The notes under the pieces: model-generated
The model's input: only the letters and a program-made list of their open reading frames with translations
Databases searched by the model: none
Told to the model about the DNA's origin: nothing
Position numbers and translations under genes: made by a program
Assembly (NCBI GenBank): GCA_028870995.1
Contig: JAGWOI010000005.1
Span: forward strand, 39,807-103,806
DNA length: 64,000 bases
Source of the DNA: Candidatus Omnitrophota bacterium
GTDB lineage: Bacteria > Omnitrophota > Gorgyraeia > Zapsychrales > Fredricksoniimonadaceae
Direction of reading: 5' to 3'
Shown: positions 28,610-37,971 of the stretch, one piece after another
How positions within the stretch are numbered: the first letter of the stretch is position 1
How the letters are laid out: every line of letters begins with the position of its first letter

Positions 28610-30499
28610 ATGAGTCATCATCATCTTTATTTTATCATCGGTGTTCCTCTGATCGGCATCGCATTTCTGGATGTCGTCCTGTTTTATCTTCTCTTTAAGA
28701 ATAACCCGCAAAATAGGAATTTGAACAAATCCATCGGATTGATGTGCCTTATCACCGCCGCCTATGCCTTTTTTGGAGGCATTGTGTATATCCGGGGTGG
28801 TTTGGGGCTTAATTATATTTTCTTTTACAAATGCTGCTGGATAGGGTGGCTTGGGATGGCCCCTATTTACCAGTTCATGTATTACATCAAGGACGACAAA
28901 AGCAAGACAGCCCTGAATATTGGAGTTGGCCTGTACGTTTTTTGGATTATCGCCTTTGCTCTTTGTTTTATCGGCAATTGGATGGAACCAGGAGCCAAAA
29001 CTCTTATTCCTTATGTTCCTGTTTACGGCATCCTGGAAAGGCCGGTGCGCACGATCGGCGGCGTGATGTTGCTGTATGCCATTTACAGGCTGTTTATCGT
29101 CAGGAATGAAGTCTCCGGAATCAAGAAAATCCAAATTAACTATGTCATTTTAGGCCTGATCATCTACGCTTTCGGGGCCAGCGTCACTTCTTGTTTCCTC
29201 TCCCTGGTCGGCGGATTGGGGTTTGATCCAGCCCTGACCTCTTATTTCAGCTTGCCGTTGACCCTGTTGATATTCTACGCCATCACCCGTTACAGGCTGT
29301 TTGATGTCCAGATCATCATTTCCAATGCCTTATCCACCATTATCCTGACGCTGGTCCTGGGCATGATCAATATCGCCATCTTTAGGGCGCTTGAGCCGTT
29401 CATAGGCTACACATGGGCCATTTTTATTTCCATGTTTGTGACCGTCATAGTTTTTTTAAGGACACCCTTGCGGCGCATGGTCCAGGGCGGCTTCTCCGAC
29501 ACCCTGCTGGGAGATAAATATAATTACCAGACTATCTTAAGGGAATCCACGCGCGCCATCGTCACCATCCTGGACCAGGAGGAGCTGCTGAATTACCTGG
29601 TCCATATCCTTCAGCAAAGCTTCAAAGTCCGTAAGGTCTGCCTGTTTTTGAAACACGCGGAAGGCCCTTATTACATCCGTTATCAATGGGGGATGGGCAA
29701 AATTCCACCGGGACTGCAGTTTTCCGATGAGAAGATCATCGAATGGTTGAAAAAGAGCAGGCAGATCTTCATCAAGGAAGAACAGCAGGGGATGTTGACC
29801 AGGGAAAAATTCGACCAGCTTTATGATAAGCTTGATGTGGTCGAAGCCAATCTGGTCCTGCCGTTGTTTTTCAAAGATAACCTGATCGGCTTTTTGACCC
29901 TCGGCCCCAGCGAGGACGACCGGCCTTACGCCCAAAGCGATATCGATATCCTGATGACCCTGACCGGCCAAACCGCGATTGCCATTGAAAACGCCAGGCT
30001 TTACACGGAGGCCATTACCGATGGACTGACAGGTTTATATCATCATAAATATTTTATGATGCGTCTTTCGGAGGAGCTCCAGCGCGCCCAGCGCTACAGC
30101 AGGCCTTTGAGTTTATTGTTGATCGATGTGGATCATTTTAAGAACATCAACGACGTGTGCGGTCATCTGGCGGGGGACAAAGTGTTGGTGGGGGTTGCCG
30201 AATTCATTAAAAAGAGCCACCGGACCAGTGATATTGTCGCCAGGTACGGCGGCGAAGAATTTGCCGTCATCCTTCCGGACACCGATTTGCAGGGGGCTCT
30301 GATCCCCGCCAAAAGATTAAGAGAAGCGATCGAGGCAACCCCCTTCGAAGGCAATCTGGTGGTCACCGTCAGTATTGGGGTGGCTTTCTTAAAACCGAAT
30401 GATAAGCAGTTAAAGACCGAGGATTTTGTCGCCGAAGTAGACAAGGCGCTTTATCGTGCCAAAGAAAACGGCAGGAACCGCATCGAGGTGGCGAGTTAA
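28610..30499 (+). CDS. Membrane diguanylate cyclase (7TM sensor + GAF + GGEEF)
   Basis: Multi-TM N-terminus, GAF ending AIENARLY, DGLTGL, DVDHFK, RTSD I-site, RYGGEEF. Confidence 0.93.
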   Translation: MSHHHLYFIIGVPLIGIAFLDVVLFYLLFKNNPQNRNLNKSIGLMCLITAAYAFFGGIVYIRGGLGLNYIFFYKCCWIGWLGMAPIYQFMYYIKDDKSKTALNIGVGLYVFWIIAFALCFIGNWMEPGAKTLIPYVPVYGILERPVRTIGGVMLLYAIYRLFIVRNEVSGIKKIQINYVILGLIIYAFGASVTSCFLSLVGGLGFDPALTSYFSLPLTLLIFYAITRYRLFDVQIIISNALSTIILTLVLGMINIAIFRALEPFIGYTWAIFISMFVTVIVFLRTPLRRMVQGGFSDTLLGDKYNYQTILRESTRAIVTILDQEELLNYLVHILQQSFKVRKVCLFLKHAEGPYYIRYQWGMGKIPPGLQFSDEKIIEWLKKSRQIFIKEEQQGMLTREKFDQLYDKLDVVEANLVLPLFFKDNLIGFLTLGPSEDDRPYAQSDIDILMTLTGQTAIAIENARLYTEAITDGLTGLYHHKYFMMRLSEELQRAQRYSRPLSLLLIDVDHFKNINDVCGHLAGDKVLVGVAEFIKKSHRTSDIVARYGGEEFAVILPDTDLQGALIPAKRLREAIEATPFEGNLVVTVSIGVAFLKPNDKQLKTEDFVAEVDKALYRAKENGRNRIEVAS

Positions 30500-30957
30500 T
30501 ATGCTCTCCACGATTTGGTCCTGCTGTCGTAGATTTCCTTGACCCTTTTGTTGTCCGCAACGCCGTCTTCCACCGGCCAGGCCGTGGCCTCCAGTTTATT
30601 GCCGTCCGGATCATAGAAATAAAGCGACCAGGATTTGGGGCGCTTCTTGGCGAATTCGATATTGACGTCATGGGCCTCCAGGTGGGCGATCATGGCATCG
30701 AAGTCGTTGCTGTGTACGCGGAAAGAAAAGTGGTTGGCTCCCAGGCCTTCATGGGCGAACAGATGCGCGCTGCTTAAATCCTTGGCCTGGATGATGCCCA
30801 ACAGCGAGCTGCCGCAGTCTAAAAAATATTCGATACCGGGCTTGGAAGGTTCGCGCTCGGTCACCTTAAGGCCAATGACCTTAGTGTAAAATTGCATGGA
30901 TTTATCTAAATCCTTCACGTTGAACGCTACGTGATCTATACCTTGAATTGAAATCAT
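30496..30957 (-). CDS. VOC/glyoxalase family protein
   Basis: IDHVAFNV, NHFSF, LYFYDPDGNKLE. Confidence 0.9.
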   Translation of the reverse strand: MISIQGIDHVAFNVKDLDKSMQFYTKVIGLKVTEREPSKPGIEYFLDCGSSLLGIIQAKDLSSAHLFAHEGLGANHFSFRVHSNDFDAMIAHLEAHDVNIEFAKKRPKSWSLYFYDPDGNKLEATAWPVEDGVADNKRVKEIYDSRTKSWRAY

Positions 30958-31763
30958 ATCTTTATTCTCTTCTCTACTTTTTTATTCTTAAAAGTCAAAT
31001 ATTCGCTGTAGCCGGCTGACCGGGCCAGGTCCACGGCCTTGTCAAAGTCTCTGCCGACGTCTTTCGGGTCATGCGCATCGGAACCAAAGGTCAGCGGTAC
31101 GCCCGCTTCGCAGTATATTTTCAGGCAGTGGGGCGCAGGATACATTTCGCTGATGGGTTTACGCAGGCCGGCCGTGTTGATCTCCACCGCCACCCCCGTT
31201 TCTTTAAAGACCTTGGCCGTGGCCTTGATCTCATCGGTCAGGTCAACGCTGGGCCGGGCGCCGAATTTTTTGGGTAAATCGCAATGGCCGATGATCTGGA
31301 AAAATCCGGTTTTGGCCGACTGCCTTAGAAGTCCGTAATATTTGCGATAGACGTCATTGACGTCATGGATTTTCCAGTATTCTTTGACCTTTGGATCAGG
31401 GTCATCAAAGGCCCAGTCATCGATAAAGTGTACGGAGCCGATGATGTAATCATAAGGGTAGCTGTCGATGATAGCCTTGGTTTTAGATTCATATCCGGGG
31501 AGAAAATCTGATTCCAGGGCGATCTTGACATCGATTTGAGCAGCGTACCGGCTGCGCACATCCTCGATCAGGGCATTATATTGAGGCAGCTCATCCATTG
31601 CCATGGTGATGCCCGGCATGGGCTTGTGCACCATGGGGGCATGGTCGGAAAAACCCATTTCTTTAAGGCCTAGCCTGACCGCTTGCTTGACATATTCTTC
31701 AGGGCTGCCCACCGCGTGGCCGCACAGCGGGGTATGCATATGGTAATCGGCGAAAGGAATCAT
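30954..31763 (-). CDS. Histidinol-phosphatase, PHP (HisJ) family
   Basis: DYHMHT..CGHA, SDH, GSVH, GHCD, EINT, GSDAH. Confidence 0.9.
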   Translation of the reverse strand: MIPFADYHMHTPLCGHAVGSPEEYVKQAVRLGLKEMGFSDHAPMVHKPMPGITMAMDELPQYNALIEDVRSRYAAQIDVKIALESDFLPGYESKTKAIIDSYPYDYIIGSVHFIDDWAFDDPDPKVKEYWKIHDVNDVYRKYYGLLRQSAKTGFFQIIGHCDLPKKFGARPSVDLTDEIKATAKVFKETGVAVEINTAGLRKPISEMYPAPHCLKIYCEAGVPLTFGSDAHDPKDVGRDFDKAVDLARSAGYSEYLTFKNKKVEKRIKI

Positions 31764-31770
31764 GGCCAAG

Positions 31771-31799
31771 ATTATAGCCTTTAGCCTGCGCGTTTTCAA
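31771..31799 (-). promoter_or_regulatory. Promoter for the PHP gene, leaderless geometry
   Basis: Minus strand TTGAAA (31794-31799), 17 bp, TATAAT (31771-31776), 7 nt, ATG. Confidence 0.75.
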
Positions 31800-31851
31800 A
31801 AACTATTTGAAGTTGAATAGATAGGGCCTTTTGTGCTATTATTGCCATTCT

Positions 31852-32391
31852 ATGGAGAATTATTTTCGTAAAATGCTGGAATATATCGGCGAGGACCCCA
31901 ACCGCGAAGGTCTTATAAAGACGCCTCAGCGCGCCGCCCGCGCCTTTGAATTTCTGACCCAGGGGTATAAAAAGGATGTTCAGGAGATCGTCAATGGAGC
32001 GATTTTTTCCTCCGATAATGACGAAATGGTCATTATCAAGAACATCGAATTATATTCGCTTTGCGAGCACCATCTCCTGCCGTTTTTCGGCAAGGCCCAT
32101 GTGGGTTATATCCCAAAGGGCAAGATCATCGGCCTTTCCAAGATCGCCCGCATCGTGGACATGTATGCCCGCCGCCTGCAGGTACAGGAAAACCTGACCA
32201 AGGAGATCGCCGAGACCATCATGGAGGTCACGGGCGCCCTGGGGGTAGGGGTGGTGATCGAAGCCCAGCACCTGTGCATGATGATGCGCGGGGTGGAGAA
32301 ACAAAATTCGGTGATGAAGACTTCCTGCCTGTTGGGGGCTTTTCGCAAGACCGAAGCCACCCGCAAAGAATTTCTGTCGTTAATTGCATAA
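31852..32391 (+). CDS. folE: GTP cyclohydrolase I
   Basis: [30 protein letters not shown]. Confidence 0.97.
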   Translation: MENYFRKMLEYIGEDPNREGLIKTPQRAARAFEFLTQGYKKDVQEIVNGAIFSSDNDEMVIIKNIELYSLCEHHLLPFFGKAHVGYIPKGKIIGLSKIARIVDMYARRLQVQENLTKEIAETIMEVTGALGVGVVIEAQHLCMMMRGVEKQNSVMKTSCLLGAFRKTEATRKEFLSLIA

Positions 32392-32392
32392 T

Positions 32393-33118
32393 ATGCCCTC
32401 CAGGATAAAAGGAACAGCCTTGGTCACAGGAGCGGCCAAACGTCTTGGCCGTGAAGCGGCGTTGTATTTGGCTAAAGAAGGCTATGCTGTTGCGCTGCAC
32501 TATCACCGCTCCAAGCCGGAAGCCATGTCCGCCCAGAAGGCCATTTGCAAAATGGGGGTGCGCTGCGAGCTTTTTTGCGCTGACCTTAATGATGAGGCCC
32601 AAACCCTTGCCTTGTTGCCGGAAGTATTTAAAGCCTTCCCCACCCTTAATCTGTTGGTCAACAGCGCTTCGATTTTTATCCCCAATCAATTCGGCGCCCT
32701 TGATCTGACCCTGTTTAAGAACCATTGGAATGTCAATTTCAAGGCTCCCTATGTCTTGGGCTGCGAGTTCGCCCGACTGGTCAAAAAGGGGCATGTCATT
32801 AATTTCGTGGATACCAATGTCGTTAAGTACAAGACCAGGTATGCCGATTATCTAATGACTAAAAAGGCTTTGCTGGAATTCACCAGGATGGCTGCGGTGC
32901 AGTGGGGGCCGTCCATCAGGGTCAACGGCATATCGCCGGGCATGATCCTGCCGCCGGTCAACGACCAGCCGGATGACCGGCTCAAACGCGCCCGGAGCAT
33001 ACCTTTACAGCGGGTGGGCAATCCAGCCAATATTTTGCAAAGTTTGCGGTTTTTATTGGAAAATGATTATTTAACGGGACAAATCATCGCCAATGACGGC
33101 GGAGAAAGTTTGGTATAA
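32393..33118 (+). CDS. folM: Pteridine reductase-like SDR (FolM/PTR1 family)
   Basis: TGAAKRLG, NSAS, YLMTK; lies between folE and a FolX/FolB gene. Confidence 0.75.
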   Translation: MPSRIKGTALVTGAAKRLGREAALYLAKEGYAVALHYHRSKPEAMSAQKAICKMGVRCELFCADLNDEAQTLALLPEVFKAFPTLNLLVNSASIFIPNQFGALDLTLFKNHWNVNFKAPYVLGCEFARLVKKGHVINFVDTNVVKYKTRYADYLMTKKALLEFTRMAAVQWGPSIRVNGISPGMILPPVNDQPDDRLKRARSIPLQRVGNPANILQSLRFLLENDYLTGQIIANDGGESLV

Positions 33119-33126
33119 GGTCCGGT

Positions 33127-33474
33127 ATGGCTATCATTAAGATCAACGATTTGAAGGTACGCACCTTGATCGGCGCCTATCCTTTGGAAAGGGTTAACAA
33201 GCAGGAAATAACCCTTAATATCACCCTTGAATATGACGCCGCGGCTGCCAGCCGTTCCGATAAACTCAAGGACGCGCTTAATTATGAGACACTGGCGGCC
33301 AAGGCTGTCAAGATCGCTCAAGGGCGGCACACATTATTAGAGAAGCTGGTTTCTAAAATTTTGGCTGGTATCATGGCCGATAAGAGGGTTATGAAGGCAA
33401 CCGTAAGGGTGGATAAGCCCCATGCCTGTGCCTATGCCCGCTGCGTGTCCTGTGAGCTTTCAGCAGAGCGTTAA
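33127..33474 (+). CDS. FolX/FolB family protein (pattern closer to dihydroneopterin triphosphate epimerase FolX)
   Basis: AIIKI..L.VRT.IG, DALNY, LLEKL, VDKPHA..YA..VS. Confidence 0.8.
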   Translation: MAIIKINDLKVRTLIGAYPLERVNKQEITLNITLEYDAAAASRSDKLKDALNYETLAAKAVKIAQGRHTLLEKLVSKILAGIMADKRVMKATVRVDKPHACAYARCVSCELSAER

Positions 33475-33489
33475 AAGGTAAAATTTTGC

Positions 33490-33517
33490 TTGCAGGCCAT
33501 TTTTTCATTGGTAATAT
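33490..33517 (+). promoter_or_regulatory. Promoter for fabG, leaderless geometry
   Basis: TTGCAG 33490-33495, 16 bp, TGgTAATAT (-10 33512-33517), 6 nt, ATG 33524. Confidence 0.65.
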
Positions 33518-33523
33518 ACGCAT

Positions 33524-34264
33524 ATGTCATTCAAAGATGAAGTGGTTTTAGTCACCGGCTCCACCCGCGGCATTGGTTTAGGGGTGGCTCAGGCCTTTGC
33601 CCAGCAAGGCGCCAAGGTCATTATTATTGGGACCAATGAGGCCAAGGCCAGGGAAGTGGCCGCCCAGCTGGCGGCCCAAGGTCTTGCTGCAGAGGGATTT
33701 GGCTGCGATGTGACCGATTTGTCCAGCGTCCAAGAAACTGTTAATAAAATTCTTGACATTCATAAGCGCATTGATATATTAGTCAACAACGCTGGCATTA
33801 CGCGTGATAATCTCCTCTTGAGACTTGATGAAAACGATTGGGACCAGGTCATTAAGGTCAATCTCAAGGGAACTTTTAATGTTACCAAGATTGCCGGCAG
33901 GGTGATGTTAAAGGCCCGAAAGGGACGGATCATCAACATCGCCTCGGTCATCGGCCTTACCGGTAATATCGGCCAGGCCAATTATGCCGCCAGCAAGGCC
34001 GGCATCATTGCTTTTTCTAAGTCTGCAGCCAAGGAATTTGCTCAGAGGAACATTACGGTCAATTGTGTTGCTCCGGGATATATCCGTACGGATATGACGG
34101 CCAAGGTTGCCGAGGCCGTTCAGGCAAAAGTTCTTGAACATATCCCCTTGTCCCGGTTCGGTGAAGCTTCTGATGTGGCCGGTGTTTGTTTATTCTTAGC
34201 TTCCCCGGCAGCCGATTACATTACAGGACAGACGATCGTCGTGGACGGCGGATTGACGATATAA
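33524..34264 (+). CDS. fabG: 3-oxoacyl-ACP reductase
   Basis: TGSTRGIG, NNAGITRD, GQANYAASK; upstream of acpP-fabF. Confidence 0.96.
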   Translation: MSFKDEVVLVTGSTRGIGLGVAQAFAQQGAKVIIIGTNEAKAREVAAQLAAQGLAAEGFGCDVTDLSSVQETVNKILDIHKRIDILVNNAGITRDNLLLRLDENDWDQVIKVNLKGTFNVTKIAGRVMLKARKGRIINIASVIGLTGNIGQANYAASKAGIIAFSKSAAKEFAQRNITVNCVAPGYIRTDMTAKVAEAVQAKVLEHIPLSRFGEASDVAGVCLFLASPAADYITGQTIVVDGGLTI

Positions 34265-34303
34265 AACAGTCTTTAAACGCAGCAACAACTCCAGGAGGAA
34301 CAC

Positions 34304-34540
34304 ATGGCAGTAGAAAGCAAGATAAAATCGATCATCGCGGAACAATTGGGTGTCAAGCCCGAAGAGGTCACGCCCAACGCTTCTTTCGTGGACGATTTAG
34401 GCGCTGATTCCTTGGATACCGTCGAGCTTATCATGGCGCTGGAAGAGGAGTTCAACATCGAAATCCCCGATGAGGATGCCGAAAAAATGAAAACCGTTGG
34501 CGACGCGATCAAGTACATTGAAGAAAAAGCCAGCGCTTGA
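34304..34540 (+). CDS. acpP: Acyl carrier protein
   Basis: [12 protein letters not shown]; AGGAGG RBS. Confidence 0.98.
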   Translation: MAVESKIKSIIAEQLGVKPEEVTPNASFVDDLGADSLDTVELIMALEEEFNIEIPDEDAEKMKTVGDAIKYIEEKASA

Positions 34541-34567
34541 GTTCCCGTTTAATTGAAGTCCATGATT

Positions 34568-34616
34568 TTTGCCCCTACCGCTTTAGGCTTGTCCAAGGCC
34601 TGACCGTAGGGGCAAA
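34568..34616 (+). terminator. Long hairpin between acpP and fabF (partial terminator or processing site)
   Basis: TTTGCCCCTAC 34568-34578 / GTAGGGGCAAA 34606-34616; weak U tail. Confidence 0.55.
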
Positions 34617-34640
34617 CCTTTAATAGGGGGTCTAGGATCC

Positions 34641-35885
34641 ATGCACAAAAATAGAGTCGTGATTACCGGAATGGGCGTGCTTTCGCCCGTCGGATGCGGG
34701 ATTCAAAAGTTTTGGCAGTCTATATTGGCCGGCCAAAGCGGGATCCGTCCCATCGCCCATTTTGATGCCGCTCTTTTTGATTCACGGGTCAACGGTGACG
34801 TGATCGATTACGATCCTTTGCAGCATTTTAATTCCAAGGACGCCCGCAATTTGTCTCGTTTTATCCAATTCGGTGTGGTGGCGGCCCACGAGGCCCTGGC
34901 CCAGGCGGGGCTTGATATCCGCCAGATGGACACCTCACGCGCCGCGGTGGTGGTGGGTTCGGGTATCGGCAGCATTTATTCCGCCGAAGAAGAATATGAA
35001 AAATTTATAGAGAAAGGGCCTTCACGCATTTCGCCTTTTTTCATCACCCGCATGATCATTAATGAAGCGGCGGGACAGATCGCCATTAACACAGGTGCTT
35101 CAGGCCCGTGTTTTGCCATTGCCACGGCGTGTGCGACCGCCAACAACTGTATCGGCGAGGCCATGCGCATGATCCAGCACGGCGAGGCCGATGTGGTGAT
35201 TGCCGGTGGTACGGAAAGTGCCACTTCCAAGCTGGGGGTGGGCGGTTTTTGTGCCTTGAAAGCTTTGTCCAAACGTAATGATGAGCCTGCCAAGGCCAGC
35301 CGTCCTTTTGATCTCAACCGTGACGGTTTTGTCATGGGCGAGGGGGCCGGCATTGTGGTCCTGGAAAGTCTTGAGTTTGCTCAAAAGCGCGGGGCCAAGA
35401 TTTTGGCGGAACTGGCCGGTTACGGACGCACCTGCGATGCCTACCATATCACAGCACCCCATGCCGAGGGATTGGGAGCTCTGAAAGCCATGGAAATGGC
35501 CATCAAGGATGCCGGTTTAAAACCCACGGATATCAATTATATTAACGCGCACGGGACTTCCACCAAACTCAATGACTCCATTGAGACCCTGGCTATCAAG
35601 AAATTATTCGGCGATCATGCCAAGAAGGTGCCTATTTCTTCTACCAAATCCATGACCGGTCATTTGCTGGGTGCTGCCGGCGGTGTCGAATTGGTGGCTT
35701 GCATCATGTCGATCCTGGAAAATAAGGTGCACCCGACCATTAATTACGAAACTCCTGATCCGGAATGCGATCTGGATTATGTGCCCAATGTATCCCGCCA
35801 GGTAAAGGTGGACGCTGCCTTGTCGAATTCGTTAGGATTCGGCGGTCATAATGCCACCTTGATTGTTAAACGCTTCAAAGCATAA
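34641..35885 (+). CDS. fabF: Beta-ketoacyl-ACP synthase II
   Basis: TACA, NAHGTST, KSMTGHLLGAAG, NSLGFGGHN. Confidence 0.97.
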   Translation: MHKNRVVITGMGVLSPVGCGIQKFWQSILAGQSGIRPIAHFDAALFDSRVNGDVIDYDPLQHFNSKDARNLSRFIQFGVVAAHEALAQAGLDIRQMDTSRAAVVVGSGIGSIYSAEEEYEKFIEKGPSRISPFFITRMIINEAAGQIAINTGASGPCFAIATACATANNCIGEAMRMIQHGEADVVIAGGTESATSKLGVGGFCALKALSKRNDEPAKASRPFDLNRDGFVMGEGAGIVVLESLEFAQKRGAKILAELAGYGRTCDAYHITAPHAEGLGALKAMEMAIKDAGLKPTDINYINAHGTSTKLNDSIETLAIKKLFGDHAKKVPISSTKSMTGHLLGAAGGVELVACIMSILENKVHPTINYETPDPECDLDYVPNVSRQVKVDAALSNSLGFGGHNATLIVKRFKA

Positions 35886-35887
35886 CT

Positions 35888-36991
35888 ATGAAAACCTATA
35901 AATTTGCCATCATCCCGGGAGACGGGATCGGTCCCGAAGTTGTGGCCCAAGGCCTCAAAGTTTTGGATGCCGCCGGCCGCAAGTTCGGCTTCAGCACCCA
36001 GCACAAGAATTTTGACTTCGGTGGGAGCCGGTATATTAAAACAGGCAACGTGTTGTCCGATGAGGAATTAAGCAGCCTGCGCGCCTTTGACGCCATTTAT
36101 TTGGGAGCCGTCGGGCATCCGGATGTCACGCCGGGTATTCTAGAAAAGGGCATTTTATTGAAATTACGCTTCGGCCTGGACCAGTACATCAATCTCAGGC
36201 CGGTCCGCTTGTATCAGAATGTGGCGACCCCCATCAAGAACAAAGGTCCTGAGCACATCGATTATGAAGTGGTGCGCGAGAATTCCGGTGACATGTACAT
36301 GGGCAAGGGCGAGATCATCGACGGGGGTACGAATAAGGAAGTTGCCACCCAGATCATGTATTATTCCTATGAGCAGGTGGAGCGTTGTTTGAAATATGCC
36401 TTTGATCGCGTTATGTTACGCCATTCCTTATCACCCTGGAAAGGCTTAAGCGAAGAGGATAAAAAGGCCGGCTATATCGGTAAACTGACCTTGTGCGGCA
36501 AGAGTAATGTGCTGACCAATGTCTTTGGTCTCTGGGACCGCGTTTTGAAGCAGCTGTCCAAGCAGTATCCTAAGGTCAAAACCGATTATTATCATGTGGA
36601 TGCCATGTGCATCTTTTTGATTGAAGCGCCCGAGCGTTTTGATGTGATCACAACCACCAACATGTTTGGCGACATCATTACGGATTTGGCGGCGGTGACC
36701 CAGGGCGGTATGGGGGTTGCTCCGTCGGGCAATATCAACCCGCACGGGGTCAGCATGTTCGAACCGGTGCACGGCAGCGCGCCGCAGTTTACCGGCAAGG
36801 GAATGGCCAATCCCATGGCGGCCATTCTGACGGTCAAATTGATGCTGGAACATTTAGGAGAGTTGAAGGCGGCCTCAGGCATTGATGCGGCCGCGCAGTC
36901 GGTGATGTTAAAAATGAAATCCATGGCTGTAGGTCAGATGGGATATTCTACCGACCAGATCGGGGACATGGTGGCGGAGTCTATAAAATGA
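35888..36991 (+). CDS. leuB: 3-isopropylmalate dehydrogenase (short form)
   Basis: PGDGIGPEV, LLKLRFGLDQYINLRP, NMFGDIITD, FEPVHGSAP. Confidence 0.88.
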   Translation: MKTYKFAIIPGDGIGPEVVAQGLKVLDAAGRKFGFSTQHKNFDFGGSRYIKTGNVLSDEELSSLRAFDAIYLGAVGHPDVTPGILEKGILLKLRFGLDQYINLRPVRLYQNVATPIKNKGPEHIDYEVVRENSGDMYMGKGEIIDGGTNKEVATQIMYYSYEQVERCLKYAFDRVMLRHSLSPWKGLSEEDKKAGYIGKLTLCGKSNVLTNVFGLWDRVLKQLSKQYPKVKTDYYHVDAMCIFLIEAPERFDVITTTNMFGDIITDLAAVTQGGMGVAPSGNINPHGVSMFEPVHGSAPQFTGKGMANPMAAILTVKLMLEHLGELKAASGIDAAAQSVMLKMKSMAVGQMGYSTDQIGDMVAESIK

Positions 36992-37971
36992 AAAAGTATA
37001 ATGTGGCTATTTTGGGTATTCGCGGGGCGGTGGGGCAGTGCATGTACCGCATCGTCAAGGAACGGAAATTTCCCGTTGATAAACTGGTGTTGATCTCTCC
37101 CAGCGGAGCGGGCGGCGAACTGGAAGGGCATCAGTATGTGCCGCTGACCAAGGATGTTTTTAAGGGTGTCGATATCGTCCTGTCTTCACCCGGCGCTGAA
37201 ATTTCCAAGGAATGGGCGCCGGTGGCGGCCAAGGCCGGGGCGGTGGTTATTGACAACACCTCGCAATTCCGCATGGATCCGGATGTGCCCCTGGTCGTTC
37301 CGGAGGTCAATCCCGAAGATATCGCCAAGCACAAGGGCATCATCGCCAATCCTAATTGCTCGACGATCCAGATGCTGGTGGCCCTCAAGCCGCTGCATGA
37401 TTTTGCCAAGATCAAACGTATTGTGGTTTCCACCTATCAGGCTGTTTCCGGTGCCGGGGCAGAAGCCGTGGCGGAACTGGAAGATCAATTGGCCGGCAGC
37501 AAGTCGGCCAAGAAGTTCCCCTACCCGATCGCGCACAATTTGATCCCGCAGATCGATGTGTTTACCGAGAATTTTTATACTAAGGAAGAGATGAAAATGG
37601 TCAATGAGACCCGCAAGATGTTCCATGATCCTCATATCCAGGTTTGCCCGACCTGCGTGCGCGTCCCGGTCAAGAACGCCCACTCGGAATCTGTCAATAT
37701 AGAGACCGCAAAGAAGATCACCCGCCAGAAGGCCATTGAACTTTTAAGCCGGGCGCCGGGGGTCAAGGTCATCGACGATGTCGCTGCCTCTAAATATCCT
37801 TTGCCGATCTTAGCCGACGGACGCGATGAGACCTTTGTGGGCCGTATCCGCGAAGATATCTCGATCCCCAACGGGTTGAACCTGTGGGTGGTTTCTGACA
37901 ACCTGCGCAAGGGGGCCGCCCTCAACGCCGTGCAGATCGCGGAAATCCTCATCAAGAATGAAAACGTTTAA
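36988..37971 (+). CDS. asd: Aspartate-semialdehyde dehydrogenase
   Basis: PLVVPEVN, ANPNCSTIQ, STYQAVSGAG, DNLRKGAALN. Confidence 0.97.
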   Translation: MKKYNVAILGIRGAVGQCMYRIVKERKFPVDKLVLISPSGAGGELEGHQYVPLTKDVFKGVDIVLSSPGAEISKEWAPVAAKAGAVVIDNTSQFRMDPDVPLVVPEVNPEDIAKHKGIIANPNCSTIQMLVALKPLHDFAKIKRIVVSTYQAVSGAGAEAVAELEDQLAGSKSAKKFPYPIAHNLIPQIDVFTENFYTKEEMKMVNETRKMFHDPHIQVCPTCVRVPVKNAHSESVNIETAKKITRQKAIELLSRAPGVKVIDDVAASKYPLPILADGRDETFVGRIREDISIPNGLNLWVVSDNLRKGAALNAVQIAEILIKNENV

